A DNA stretch of 64,000 nucleotides. It comes from Nitrosopumilaceae archaeon. GTDB taxonomy: Archaea; Thermoproteota; Nitrososphaeria; Nitrososphaerales; Nitrosopumilaceae. The stretch lies in assembly GCA_965209085.1 (NCBI GenBank), contig OZ242376.1, positions 1,600,001 through 1,664,000 of the forward strand. The letters run 5' to 3'. The translations under genes and the position numbers were made by a program. The notes beneath the pieces were generated by a model. It did no database searches, was not told where the DNA came from, and worked only from the letters and a program-made list of their open reading frames with translations. The number at the start of each line of letters is the position of its first letter. Position 1 is the first letter of the stretch. Positions 11,228 to 21,338 of the stretch are shown here, in pieces.

Positions 11228-11608
11228 TCACTCTTTTTTTAGCCACTCGCATCCTTTTTTTGCAGCATACGCTGCGATCAGTCCGGCAGATATTGCAGCA
11301 GCGGCAGCTACAAATTTTGATCCTGTTTTTTTGTACGTAGCAATTCCACTTGCAGCAGCTGCTACAGCTCCGGCACCTGCAGCCGCTAGTACTTCGGGCG
11401 CGTCCCAGACAATATGTCCCAACGGATCCGTTTCCGGATTTATCCTGTCAACATGCGCCTCAAATCTATCCTCGTATTCGCGCACGTGCAGCCGGCCGTA
11501 CCGATATTGTCTGATTGATTTTTTTGGCCATCCAAGTTTTGTCACCTTGAATTTTGAGGGCAACGAATCCATCTGCTTTTTTGGTATGACAGTATGCTTT
11601 TCGCTCAT
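11228..11608 (-). CDS. Hypothetical membrane protein
   Basis: 126-aa ORF with C-terminal Ala-rich hydrophobic segments, co-oriented with neighbours. Confidence 0.65.
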   Translation of the reverse strand: MSEKHTVIPKKQMDSLPSKFKVTKLGWPKKSIRQYRYGRLHVREYEDRFEAHVDRINPETDPLGHIVWDAPEVLAAAGAGAVAAAASGIATYKKTGSKFVAAAAAISAGLIAAYAAKKGCEWLKKE

Positions 11609-11648
11609 GTCAAAGTATGAGCCTCGGATCGTTATAATTCTACATGCA

Positions 11649-12815
11649 TTATCCTACAATCAGACCGGTCAGATACATTACAAGCATGCCTGTTGCAATA
11701 CCGGCAGGCATTGCAAAGCCTTTTGGCCACTGGTTTGAATTCTGATCCCGCAGCATCTTTAGAACAAGCAGTATTACCTGAAATACCGCCCCTCCTGCTA
11801 GGGATAAAAAAACTACTGCTGCAAGCGGCGAGTATTCAAGTCCGCCTAACAAAGTTCCAATTACTGCCGGCACTCCCGCTATTGCGCCAAGTATGCCAAG
11901 TCTGAATACTGAGGTACGTGCCCTAGCCTGCGAAGATGCGATTGCCACGCCTTCTGTTGTATTGTGTAGGGCAAATCCGACTATGAGAAACGCGCCAAGC
12001 GCTGCCTGGCCCAATCCTATGGCAGCTCCTATTGCAAGACCCTCGCCCAAATTATGCAATCCGATTCCAGTTGAGATTGCAATTCCGGCTGCAAGAGGTC
12101 CGGATATTCCTGCCATTCCCGAAAGCCTGCGTTCGGTATAATATAAGGCTAGAAATGAGATTACCGATACGGTTGCCACAAGCATCACTCCATCAAAGCT
12201 CTCCGAGAGGTTTTCTGCTGCAACCGCGGATGCTGCAAACAGTGAATCAATTCCAATAAAGAACAGCATTCCCACCGTAAGGGATAGAAAAAATGCATAA
12301 CTGCCGGAACCGGCCCGGCGTATAAACGGGAACCACAAAAGTCCCACCATTACCGGAATAATTCCCACGTATACGCCTATTATTGCAAGCGCTCCGACAA
12401 GTCCGATTCCACGCTCTAGAACCGGGACGGCTGATTCAATGTTGCGTGCAAACCGAGTTCCATCATTTATGGTAACCCCCACCGAATACGGTTCTGCTTC
12501 ATTCCATTCAAATGGAATCCGTACAATTGCACTCTCAAATCTTCCTAGTTTTCCGTCCGGTTCTATTGCGGCCGGCTGTATCCTGTCGTTTACGTCCGCC
12601 ATGACAATCTCCACTTCGAGAAGACCGGTATTTCGTATATTTAGCAAAATCATGGAATCCTCAAAGGAGACCTGCTCTATGGTCACTTCAGGCAGTCTTT
12701 GTGGCAGTATTTCATCAATGGCCTGCGAGCCGTATCCGAGAAGCCAAAATGCCATTATGGCTATTGCTACGACCGGAACTGTGGCCGCGATTATCCCTTG
12801 CCGATTAACCCTCAT
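11649..12815 (-). CDS. ZIP family divalent metal transporter
   Basis: HNLGEGLAIG and HNTTEG motifs; start placed at MRVNRQ overlapping the MCO stop. Confidence 0.9.
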   Translation of the reverse strand: MRVNRQGIIAATVPVVAIAIMAFWLLGYGSQAIDEILPQRLPEVTIEQVSFEDSMILLNIRNTGLLEVEIVMADVNDRIQPAAIEPDGKLGRFESAIVRIPFEWNEAEPYSVGVTINDGTRFARNIESAVPVLERGIGLVGALAIIGVYVGIIPVMVGLLWFPFIRRAGSGSYAFFLSLTVGMLFFIGIDSLFAASAVAAENLSESFDGVMLVATVSVISFLALYYTERRLSGMAGISGPLAAGIAISTGIGLHNLGEGLAIGAAIGLGQAALGAFLIVGFALHNTTEGVAIASSQARARTSVFRLGILGAIAGVPAVIGTLLGGLEYSPLAAVVFLSLAGGAVFQVILLVLKMLRDQNSNQWPKGFAMPAGIATGMLVMYLTGLIVG

Positions 12816-13866
12816 ACGGTCCGGATCCTCTATCTGATACTGCAAACATACCGACCCAGCCTTTTTCGGAAAACTCTGTTTTATGCGCGTGGAATACATA
12901 ATTGCCCGGATAGTTGTAGACAAATTCCATTATTCCCCGTTCAGTCTGCGAGAGGGTTATCATGTCGGTGTAAAATGACGGAACCGTGTCCGTGCCGGTG
13001 GGATAGTAATGATAAAGATTGCCGTGCAGATGAAAATTGTTTATCGCGTCAAACTCGACCATGTTTACAACGTATATGCGGACAAGCTCTTCAGTGTCTA
13101 TCTGTATTGGATGGTGCAGATAGTAAAATGGCACAGTATTTGCAGCATACAGATTGTTTTCTGTATCAAAGTCAGTGTCAAATCCGTTAAGAACCATCAC
13201 CATCTCGTCTGCAGGAGCTCTTTGTTCTTTTGGATCCACAATGTATACGCCGTACAAGCCGTGTGCAATATGCTCCTCCAATGGCATTACATGACAGTGG
13301 TACGGATGCACGCCAACCGGATCTGCTATCCATTCATAGACAAATTGGCCGCCAGGACCCACCGTTTCAAAAACACCGTCAAACTCTGCAGCATGTATTC
13401 CATGAAAATGCATCGTATGAGATTTTGAGCCGTTGTTTATGAAATGAATTCTCACCAAATCCCCCTCAGTTGCCCGTATTGTAGGGCCTGGCACCGTTCC
13501 ATTAAACGTCCAGACATTGTAAAAGATACCTGGTGATATTTCCATTATCTGCGAATCATCTGCCACAATGGTGAATTCCCTCAGCACCGTGCCATCCTTC
13601 AGAGTGGTAACTGTGCCATATTCAAAATTGCGCAAAAATTCCATCGGATCAAACTCTAATGTTGATTCAGTGTATAGCGGATCAAGTATTTGGCCTGTGG
13701 TTTTGATTATGGCACCTGAATGTGTCATGAACGTCTGCGTGTTTTTTTGGCCCGTAATTGACATGGGGGCAAACGCAAGAGCGGCAATTATTGCACCAAT
13801 AACCACAATAGAGAGAATCATCTTGCTTGATCGCGAATAAGGCATGATGATTGGTTGAGAGGTCAT
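12805..13866 (-). CDS. Two-domain multicopper oxidase
   Basis: TM anchor; HTMHFHG, YHCH..HIAHGLYG, FHLHG, FHAH copper motifs. Confidence 0.9.
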   Translation of the reverse strand: MTSQPIIMPYSRSSKMILSIVVIGAIIAALAFAPMSITGQKNTQTFMTHSGAIIKTTGQILDPLYTESTLEFDPMEFLRNFEYGTVTTLKDGTVLREFTIVADDSQIMEISPGIFYNVWTFNGTVPGPTIRATEGDLVRIHFINNGSKSHTMHFHGIHAAEFDGVFETVGPGGQFVYEWIADPVGVHPYHCHVMPLEEHIAHGLYGVYIVDPKEQRAPADEMVMVLNGFDTDFDTENNLYAANTVPFYYLHHPIQIDTEELVRIYVVNMVEFDAINNFHLHGNLYHYYPTGTDTVPSFYTDMITLSQTERGIMEFVYNYPGNYVFHAHKTEFSEKGWVGMFAVSDRGSGPYEG

Positions 13867-13871
13867 TATTT

Positions 13872-13895
13872 AAAAGTTAGCCTAGGCTAACTTTT
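13872..13895. promoter_or_regulatory. Perfect 24-bp palindrome, DtxR/MntR-like operator
   Basis: AAAAGTTAGCCT-AGGCTAACTTTT just upstream of the MCO-ZIP operon start codon. Confidence 0.8.
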
Positions 13896-13955
13896 TTACC
13901 CTTGTCTAAACCTGCCATATCGTACGCAAAAAAGGAGCTTTTGTAAAAATCCCGC

Positions 13956-14579
13956 CTAGAACTGATCATCAAAACGCGAGATTGGCATCAGATTAATGGC
14001 CCTAATCCAGACCGTTTTGCCGTCCATGCCTAGAACCGTCAACGAGGCGTTTGCTATGATAAAATCGTGTATGGACTCTGCGTCAAGATTCATTGCGTAT
14101 GAAACGGCAGCTTTGATAGGATCCATATGCGTTACCAAAACAACGGATTCTCCCGGATGCTTATTTCTGACAAATTCAACCATGTCTAAAACGCGTTCTC
14201 TTAGATGATCAAAAGTCTCCACGCCATAATTTGGGATTTCCGGGTCGTTTTTATAGAATTTCAAAAATACGTTGCCGTGTTTTTCCATAATATCATCGTA
14301 TTTTGATCCTGTAAACGAGCCCATGTCCAGCTCTGTAAGTCTCTCATCTATGGTAAGCGGAATCCCGTTATATTCGGCAGTTATGCGTGCCGTTTCATGC
14401 GCTCGTTCTATAGGACTAGAGTAAATGTGCGCGATTTTATGCCCTTTTAAAAATCTGGCAGTATCCTGTGCCTGCTGTATGCCTTTTTCCGTAAGTGCAA
14501 CTCCTGCGGAACGTCCGGTGAGCATGCGTTTTGTATTGTTTTCTGCCTGACCGTGCCTTAGAAAAATGATCGAATCCAT
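13956..14579 (-). CDS. Histidine phosphatase family protein
   Basis: LRHGQAENN, SSPIERA, LVTH. Confidence 0.9.
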   Translation of the reverse strand: MDSIIFLRHGQAENNTKRMLTGRSAGVALTEKGIQQAQDTARFLKGHKIAHIYSSPIERAHETARITAEYNGIPLTIDERLTELDMGSFTGSKYDDIMEKHGNVFLKFYKNDPEIPNYGVETFDHLRERVLDMVEFVRNKHPGESVVLVTHMDPIKAAVSYAMNLDAESIHDFIIANASLTVLGMDGKTVWIRAINLMPISRFDDQF

Positions 14580-14632
14580 CTAATATTGCCGCTGTATATA
14601 CGAATAATAATAACATTAGGCGCACGGATGTC

Positions 14633-15304
14633 ATGAAAGTTGGTATTATTGGCGGAACCGGAGGAATGGGAAAAGGTTTTGCCACAAGATGGTGTAAAGA
14701 GAACGATATTTTGATAGGATCCAGGGATGCGGCAAGGGCAGTTGAATCTGCTGTAAAATACGAACATGATGCAAAAGAAGCGTATGGGGAGATAAACGGG
14801 AGCATATCTGGATACTCCAACGCAGATGTGGCCGTGCAAAGCGACGTGCTTGTTTTGTCCATACCGTATGAAAATATCGATGCAGTGTGTCCAGATCTTT
14901 TCTCAAAAACAAAAAAAGAATGCGTTATAATCAGCCCCATAGTACCAATGACAAAAACCGACAAAGGTTTTGAATTCATACCTATAAAGGAGAACAAAAA
15001 ATCAGCCCACCAAATGGTTGCAGCCCATATGAAAAATCCCGAATTACTGATCTCAGCATTTCACGTAATATCGGAAAAGAAACTTGCAGATCCCAAAAAA
15101 GATCTAGACTATGACATATTCGTATGTGGGGATGATTCTGGAGCGGTTGAAACGGTAAACGCTTTGATATCCCAGATAGGAGGACTGCGCGCCCTGTATC
15201 TTGGTTCCGGCGAGTTGGCATACATGGCCGAAATGGCCACACCCCTTTTACTAAACGTCATGATAAAAAACAAGCTGAAAAATCCGGGAATAAAAATAGC
15301 CTAA
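14633..15304 (+). CDS. npdG: F420-dependent NADP oxidoreductase
   Basis: IIGGTGGMGKG, IGSR, SAFH, VCGDD. Confidence 0.88.
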   Translation: MKVGIIGGTGGMGKGFATRWCKENDILIGSRDAARAVESAVKYEHDAKEAYGEINGSISGYSNADVAVQSDVLVLSIPYENIDAVCPDLFSKTKKECVIISPIVPMTKTDKGFEFIPIKENKKSAHQMVAAHMKNPELLISAFHVISEKKLADPKKDLDYDIFVCGDDSGAVETVNALISQIGGLRALYLGSGELAYMAEMATPLLLNVMIKNKLKNPGIKIA

Positions 15305-15547
15305 GTGTTTCACATGAGCTATGAATACAAGCGTCGTGGAAAAAACTGGCAGACTGCAATGGGTGTGCTCTTTATAGTATCTGGTACAATAGTACTGGTA
15401 CGTCAGATACTGATATGGACTCCGGATTTTGTCTTTGATTTTCTTGTAAATTCTGAATTTACAAATGAAAAAGTTTCCGTTGCAATGCTGTGTTTTGGCG
15501 GAATTTTGATTGCATTTGGAATGCGTGGTGTAAGTGAACAGCGATAA
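15305..15547 (+). CDS. Small two-TM hypothetical protein
   Basis: Two hydrophobic helices, operonic spacing. Confidence 0.65.
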   Translation: MFHMSYEYKRRGKNWQTAMGVLFIVSGTIVLVRQILIWTPDFVFDFLVNSEFTNEKVSVAMLCFGGILIAFGMRGVSEQR

Positions 15548-15929
15548 ATTTTTGCGTAAACAAAAGATAATGAGACTTGGTACAGTCGATGGAGACGGGA
15601 TACCGCATGTGGTTCCTGTCTGGTATTTGTACGATGGTGAAAAATTTTGGATTGGAACCAATACGAGAACTGTCAAGATACGCAACATACGCGCCAATAA
15701 ACGGGTTGCATATTGTATAGATAAGGGAGTGCGCGCTCCTGAAATCAGGGCGTGTGCCGGGCGAGGAACCGCCAAGATCATGACAGGCTCAAAAGTGGCT
15801 GAAATTGCCAAATCCATACTGCTGCGCTATTTTGAGAGTATGGAATCAAAGGGGGCGCAAGAGTTGCTAGATGATACGGACTGTATAATAGAGATCACGC
15901 CCAATGATTCCTTTGAATGGAGTTATTGA
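15534..15929 (+). CDS. Pyridoxamine 5'-phosphate oxidase-like (F420/FMN-binding) protein
   Basis: RLGTVDGDGIPHVVPVWY...KIRNIRANKRV. Confidence 0.85.
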   Translation: MNSDKFLRKQKIMRLGTVDGDGIPHVVPVWYLYDGEKFWIGTNTRTVKIRNIRANKRVAYCIDKGVRAPEIRACAGRGTAKIMTGSKVAEIAKSILLRYFESMESKGAQELLDDTDCIIEITPNDSFEWSY

Positions 15930-17107
15930 CGGCCGGCACAAAACGATTCTATCTTATCCATGGCAGATTCAAGTCTAGTAATCTGAGGCAGATATACTAG
16001 CCGAAAGTGTCCCGTGCCGTATTTTGATCCAAATCCGGAACCGTGTACGGTCAGCACTCCATACTGCTCCAAGAGTTCTTGGACAAATTCCACATCTGTA
16101 CCAAAACGAGGATTTTCTATTTTTGGAAATGCGTAAAATGCGCCGCCTGGAACAGGACATGAGAGACCGTCAATAGAATTTAGACGTTTTATCACATAAT
16201 CACGCCTCACTCTGAGATCGTTTACAAACTCGTCGATATACCCCTGCGGGCCGCGCAGTGATTCAATTGCAGCGTACTGTACTGGCATGTTTGTTGATAT
16301 GCGTACGCGGGCAAGTTTTGGGAGATTCTCGCGCAGATTTTCTAATGCGGCACATCCACGGTTTAAGCAAATGTATCCTATTCTCCAACCTGACATCAGA
16401 TGGACTTTGGAGAATCCGTTTAGAATTATCACAGGCGCGTCTTTGGCGATGGTGCCTATGCTTTTAAAATTTCCCTCAAAGAATATGCGATCGTATATCT
16501 CATCGCATATTAAATACAAATTACGTTCAGAGGAGATATCCACAATTTCTTGAATCGATCCAATATCAAATACGGCTCCGGTCGGATTGTTTGGGTTTAT
16601 TATGCAAATTGCCACGGTTTTATCGGTGATCTTTGATTTTAAATCATCCATGTCAGGTTTTGCATTTTTCAAATCAACTGCAAATTCCACCGGAATTCCA
16701 CCGTGTAGCCGGACATACGAGGCATATGGCGGATAATACGGACCTGGAAGCAAAACTTCGTCCCCGTCTTCCACAATTGACGAGATTAACATGTCCAATC
16801 CTTCAGAGACGCCGTTTGTCACAATAACGTTATCTGCGTCAACATCAAATCCTTTTGATGATTCTTTTTTTGCAATCTCCTGACAGAGTTCCGGCAAACC
16901 TTCGGATTGCGAATAATAATTTTTATCCTCATTTACCGCCCTAATCAGTGCGTCTTTGACATTCTGGGGAGGGGTAAAACCAAACTGGAGCGGGTCGCCT
17001 ATGTTGAGGTATTCCACTTTTTTTCCGGTACGCTCCACGCGTTTTGCGGCAGTTACAATGTCGCGTATGGCATATTCTACATTTAGTACTTTTTTTGATA
17101 CTTTCAA
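15923..17107 (-). CDS. PLP-dependent class I/II aminotransferase (alanine aminotransferase-like)
   Basis: LNIGDP, NPNNPTGA, DEIY, SKVHLMSGWRIG. Confidence 0.92.
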   Translation of the reverse strand: MKVSKKVLNVEYAIRDIVTAAKRVERTGKKVEYLNIGDPLQFGFTPPQNVKDALIRAVNEDKNYYSQSEGLPELCQEIAKKESSKGFDVDADNVIVTNGVSEGLDMLISSIVEDGDEVLLPGPYYPPYASYVRLHGGIPVEFAVDLKNAKPDMDDLKSKITDKTVAICIINPNNPTGAVFDIGSIQEIVDISSERNLYLICDEIYDRIFFEGNFKSIGTIAKDAPVIILNGFSKVHLMSGWRIGYICLNRGCAALENLRENLPKLARVRISTNMPVQYAAIESLRGPQGYIDEFVNDLRVRRDYVIKRLNSIDGLSCPVPGGAFYAFPKIENPRFGTDVEFVQELLEQYGVLTVHGSGFGSKYGTGHFRLVYLPQITRLESAMDKIESFCAGRQ

Positions 17108-17149
17108 GAATATACAAGGTATTTAGCCCCGATAAAATCTAATTGTTTT

Positions 17150-17224
17150 GGACTCGTTGCATAGTCTGGACAGTGCAGGCGGCTTCGGACCGCCAGGTCG
17201 AGGGATCGAAGCCCTCCGAGCCCT
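17150..17224 (+). tRNA. tRNA-Arg(TCG)
   Basis: Cloverleaf; anticodon arm GGCGG-CTTCGGA-CCGCC; A3:C70 mismatch in acceptor stem. Confidence 0.88.
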
Positions 17225-17270
17225 TGGATTTAATCAGCATGTGTATATACAAGCACGCCAAATTTTCACC

Positions 17271-17510
17271 ATGTCTCCTGGAATAGGTCTGATGAAACGC
17301 AGAATAGAGGATGAAAAAAGTGCGGTTTCTCTTGCCATATCGCACGTTTCAAAAAAATACGAGATTGAGCCAAAAGATACCAAAGTGCTGGAGACAAAAT
17401 ATCACAAAGATGCAGGGGACTGGTACGTGGCCCTTGGTTGGCAGAAAAAACGGGCCATAGTACAGATGGATTCAATTCTTGGAAACGTGATTGGAATTAA
17501 AGAAATTTAA
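17271..17510 (+). CDS. Small hypothetical protein
   Basis: ORF from MSPGIGLMKRR; the ORF-track extension overlaps the tRNA. Confidence 0.65.
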   Translation: MSPGIGLMKRRIEDEKSAVSLAISHVSKKYEIEPKDTKVLETKYHKDAGDWYVALGWQKKRAIVQMDSILGNVIGIKEI

Positions 17511-17534
17511 TGTCAAAGGTATTGCAGTATTGTA

Positions 17535-18179
17535 ATGCACGCGATTGTTCTTGGAGGATCCAGAGGGATAGGACACGCCATAGCAAAATCACTTTGCAAA
17601 GCCGGATGCGACGTGTATGCTGCATCAAAAAAAGATATCGACACATCCGATCTGGATAGTGTGAAAAAATTTGCAGCATTACATCCCAAAACCGACGTAT
17701 TGGTGCTAAACACCGGAGGGCCGCCACCTGCCGAATTTGATGAAATTACAGAAGATGACTGGCAAAAATATCACAATCAGCTTTTTTTGGGATTTTGCAT
17801 TCTAGTGCGCCAAATTAACATTACAAACGGAGGTTATCTATTCCTGATAAGCTCATCCGTTGTCAAAGAGCCGTCCGCTAGACTTGCAGTTTCAGGCGCA
17901 TACCGCTCCGCTTTTGCCAGCATATTTAGGCTGTTGTCTGCAAAATTGGCCAAAAGAGACATCACCTGCGTTACAATAATGCCCGGTCCCATCAACACTG
18001 ATCGTACAAGGGAGTTGGTGGATGATGTGGATAAATTTGCATCCAATCTTCCAATGGGCAGACTTGGAGAGCCAGGAGAAATTGGAGATTTGGTTGAATC
18101 CATAGTCAAGAATAAAATAAAATACATATCCGGTGCCACGATAGGCTTTGATGGCGGAGCATCAAAATACATCCACTAG
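17535..18179 (+). CDS. Short-chain dehydrogenase/reductase
   Basis: GGSRGIG, NTGGP, PGPINTDR, PMGRLGEP. Confidence 0.9.
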   Translation: MHAIVLGGSRGIGHAIAKSLCKAGCDVYAASKKDIDTSDLDSVKKFAALHPKTDVLVLNTGGPPPAEFDEITEDDWQKYHNQLFLGFCILVRQINITNGGYLFLISSSVVKEPSARLAVSGAYRSAFASIFRLLSAKLAKRDITCVTIMPGPINTDRTRELVDDVDKFASNLPMGRLGEPGEIGDLVESIVKNKIKYISGATIGFDGGASKYIH

Positions 18180-18820
18180 CTGCGGTTGAATTCCACGTTT
18201 GGTGCTTCCGGCGATGTGGGTATTATGACAAGTCCGCCTTCCCGGAGCTGCTGTATTAGCTGCATGACTTCTTTTTCCACCTGGCCTCGCTGCATACCGG
18301 TATGTTTTGCAAACAGATCAACTAGTTCGGTAACCTTTCTTTTACCGTTGCACATTTTCCAAAATTCAATTATTGCATCATTTACCATAAAGCCCTGATC
18401 GTGCTCGTTTGTCAAAACCATGGAACCGTCTTCCTGTTTTACCAACTTTCCCACTCCCTGTGGATGGGCAATCTCATAGTTTATCGGAGCAGGTGTAGAT
18501 ATTCCCGCACCGGCACCCATTTTTTTAAGAGTCTCTCTTGCATCATCGGAGAGCTTTTCCATTGTCCAGGGGGGATCCCATACAACCTCAACGTTTACGT
18601 TTGCAACGCCCGGAACTTTTTTTGCATAACGTTTTACATCCTGTACCATTGTTTCGTGAAGCGGGCATCCCTGCGTGGTCATTGTCATACGGACGTTTAC
18701 ATCAGAGCCGGAAACGTCAATTCCGTATATTAGTCCCATATCCACTATGTTTATCGGAACTTCCGGATCCATGCACTGTTTTAGTGATTGTCTGACCGCA
18801 TCAGAGGTAACGTCTGCCAT
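18176..18820 (-). CDS. DUF59 (Fe-S assembly) domain fused to PqqD-like domain
   Basis: DPEVPINIVDMGLIY, TTQGCP, WDPPW; C-terminal FWKMCNGKRKVTEL. Confidence 0.85.
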   Translation of the reverse strand: MADVTSDAVRQSLKQCMDPEVPINIVDMGLIYGIDVSGSDVNVRMTMTTQGCPLHETMVQDVKRYAKKVPGVANVNVEVVWDPPWTMEKLSDDARETLKKMGAGAGISTPAPINYEIAHPQGVGKLVKQEDGSMVLTNEHDQGFMVNDAIIEFWKMCNGKRKVTELVDLFAKHTGMQRGQVEKEVMQLIQQLREGGLVIIPTSPEAPNVEFNRS

Positions 18821-18859
18821 GTTATACCACGGGGATAAAAAGAATAAAAATGTGATGCA

Positions 18860-20782
18860 TTACTGATAATACTCCTTGTTTTTGCCCGAATCCACCATAT
18901 GACACATGCTAGGAGGCAGAACGCGTACATACTCATCCACCCCTATTGGTTTTGCGACTGAATCGTCAAGTTTGAGGAATTCTGATCGGATTTTTTTTGC
19001 AGCATCCGTGGATTTTGATCCCAGCGGTTCTATTACCGCATATAGGATACATTTTTTCTTTATTGGTTCCACGGGGCCGCATATTAGCACGTATGCATCG
19101 TTGTCTTTTGTTATGCCAAGTGCTAGTCTCAGCGTCGGAACATGAAGTACATTTCTAGTGCCGCGTATTAAAAATGATCCCTTTGGAAGGTACTGGCCGC
19201 TTGGGGCGCTTTTTTCTACCTGTTCAGGTTTTACCCAATATGCGCTCAAACCAAACATTGTTTCCCGCCATGCTCTGCTAAAACATACTGTAGCACTGGC
19301 CACTTCGGTAATGCTTGCACCCGTGGCATTTTGTGCATTTTTCAATATAAAAAACGGCGAACCGTGTATGTCAGCATGAAACACCAAATCGTCTTTTTCC
19401 ACGTGTTTACGAATCATGGCCATGTTTGAAGATGAGTCCCTCCCGCCTATGGCAAGAAGTCCATCCACAGTATAAAACCATCTGTATCTTTCATACCAGC
19501 TCTTTTTTCTTATATGCGAATATGAGATTGATTCTTTTTGCAATGTTGATGTGCCTTTGAGCAGATCAATTTTTTTCTGTGCGTAAATTGTAGCTGACTC
19601 TATGATAGGGATGGCTCCAATTTGTTTTTTTGATTCATTATATAGACATGATGCTATTGCGTGAAGAGATGTTTGCGGATCTATTGTAATTTTTTCCTCG
19701 CAGATTTGAATCAAATGTACTCCTTTTTCATTGATTCTGCACGCATTTGCGCTCAAAAGTACCGACTGTACCTCATCATCATCAAGTGAATTTATCCCGC
19801 GTACGATCAGAGTCTGCAGTGATGATGCCAAATCAGATATTGCATGTGATTTGTTTTTGACAGTTTCCACCGCTTTTTTCTGTTTTTCAATGGTATTTTC
19901 CAGATCGATGATCCGTTTGTCCATTTCTTCTGATATGGATTCTTTTCCATACTCTAGAATGCGCAGAGTAAAAATCTCGTCCAATCCTGTCTCAAAACTT
20001 GCAACCGGTACAGTATCCTCGTCTGTATGCATTCGGATTGGATGCACATATCTGTCGGATCCTTTGCCCACGATGACTGCATCATGCTTTCCCCCTATGA
20101 CCGATTTGATAATTTTTTGAACAGAATCCGCTATTGATACAAGATCATCTTTTGAGAGATCCGAGCATGAAGCCTTTTTGCTAACGGATGAATTTTTAAA
20201 AATCTCTTCCACGTATCTGGTAGGAAGACCCAGTGTTCTACCCAGCCATTTTCCCGCAGGCAAATCCGGCTGCATGGAGGATTCAAGACTGTCCGCTGAA
20301 ACTTTGAACACGTCTATGCCGTGACTTGGCGGAGGAACATAAGTTGCTCCAACTCTTAGTTTTCTGTGTCGTACGTCAAGCGAATGCAATAATGCCTGTA
20401 TTTTCATCTCTTCGTTGCATAGTATTATGTTTCCTTCGTTGAAAAATTCCCCCACAAGTACAAATTTCTTATCCTTTCCTTCAAACGTAAGATATGCTAT
20501 ACGTTCTGCTCCAAGTTGTTTTACATTTTCCAGTTTGGTTCTTAACAGATCCATTCTGAATCTGCGCTGCAGTTTGTTTTCTTCTATGGGGTTTATTTTA
20601 GAGGAGCTAAGCCACAGTCCAAATGTAGAGAACATGAGTGAGAGTTCATCTTTTTCCGGATGACGGAGTTTAAAGAGCAGGCAGTTCCGTGTTATCCCAT
20701 ATATGTTGGAGAGGTAATATCCGGAATTTTTGGATGCAAGATCGCGTAAAAGGTAGCTTATTTCTATTCCAGCAAGATTCAT
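18860..20782 (-). CDS. rqcH: Rqc2/NEMF (NFACT) ribosome quality control protein
   Basis: WYERYRWF, IGGRD, FHADIHGSP, KSAPSGQYLPKGSF. Confidence 0.9.
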   Translation of the reverse strand: MNLAGIEISYLLRDLASKNSGYYLSNIYGITRNCLLFKLRHPEKDELSLMFSTFGLWLSSSKINPIEENKLQRRFRMDLLRTKLENVKQLGAERIAYLTFEGKDKKFVLVGEFFNEGNIILCNEEMKIQALLHSLDVRHRKLRVGATYVPPPSHGIDVFKVSADSLESSMQPDLPAGKWLGRTLGLPTRYVEEIFKNSSVSKKASCSDLSKDDLVSIADSVQKIIKSVIGGKHDAVIVGKGSDRYVHPIRMHTDEDTVPVASFETGLDEIFTLRILEYGKESISEEMDKRIIDLENTIEKQKKAVETVKNKSHAISDLASSLQTLIVRGINSLDDDEVQSVLLSANACRINEKGVHLIQICEEKITIDPQTSLHAIASCLYNESKKQIGAIPIIESATIYAQKKIDLLKGTSTLQKESISYSHIRKKSWYERYRWFYTVDGLLAIGGRDSSSNMAMIRKHVEKDDLVFHADIHGSPFFILKNAQNATGASITEVASATVCFSRAWRETMFGLSAYWVKPEQVEKSAPSGQYLPKGSFLIRGTRNVLHVPTLRLALGITKDNDAYVLICGPVEPIKKKCILYAVIEPLGSKSTDAAKKIRSEFLKLDDSVAKPIGVDEYVRVLPPSMCHMVDSGKNKEYYQ

Positions 20783-20946
20783 GTTTCAAATATAAAGTAA
20801 AATATCCCTCCTTTATCTTTTACAGCAAAAAACAACAGATCATGTGCGTTCATTGCGGCATATTTGATTCAGGTATAAGAATAATTTGCAAGAGGCGTCT
20901 TTGAGGGTTATTTTAGATACATGGGTGTCATTGGAAATTTTACATT

Positions 20947-21007
20947 AGATCGTGTGCATAATAGACTTCATGCATAATGGGCCAAATTTACAATTTTTAT
21001 GAATAAA
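20947..21007 (+). mobile_element. Nested remnants of family-1 MITE ends (IS5-like TIR)
   Basis: AGATCGTGTGCATAAT directly followed by AGACTTCATGCATAATGGGCCAAATTTACAATTTTT. Confidence 0.7.
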
Positions 21008-21338
21008 GCAAGTGTATGAAGAATATTAAAAAATCATTGTGCAAATCGCTGTTTTCTTTTATCACTATATTTCTTTTTTAGTTGATGTAGCGAAGTCACA
21101 TTTTCTCTTTTCAAGATAGTGTTCAGAGGTGAATCAGATCTGTATTTTTCTTTTACATCCTTAGGGATTTTTGATATATTTTCCATTTTAGTATCGCTAC
21201 GTTTTCTTCGGAAATTCATCATGTATTATTGTTTGTAATATTATATTTATGCCTTTATGTTAGTATGTATTTATCATAGTGTACAACAGTTTATGCACAA
21301 TTAACCAAAAAAGCAATTTTGGTAAATCAAAAGATCTA

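Noticed and set aside
12805-13866. Calling the multicopper protein NirK
   Set aside because: Leu at the type-1 axial position, HxH motifs in both domains and coupling to a ZIP transporter fit a two-domain MCO better.
21034-21222. 62-aa basic ORF in the island
   Set aside because: May be real but has no motif or context support that I can establish.
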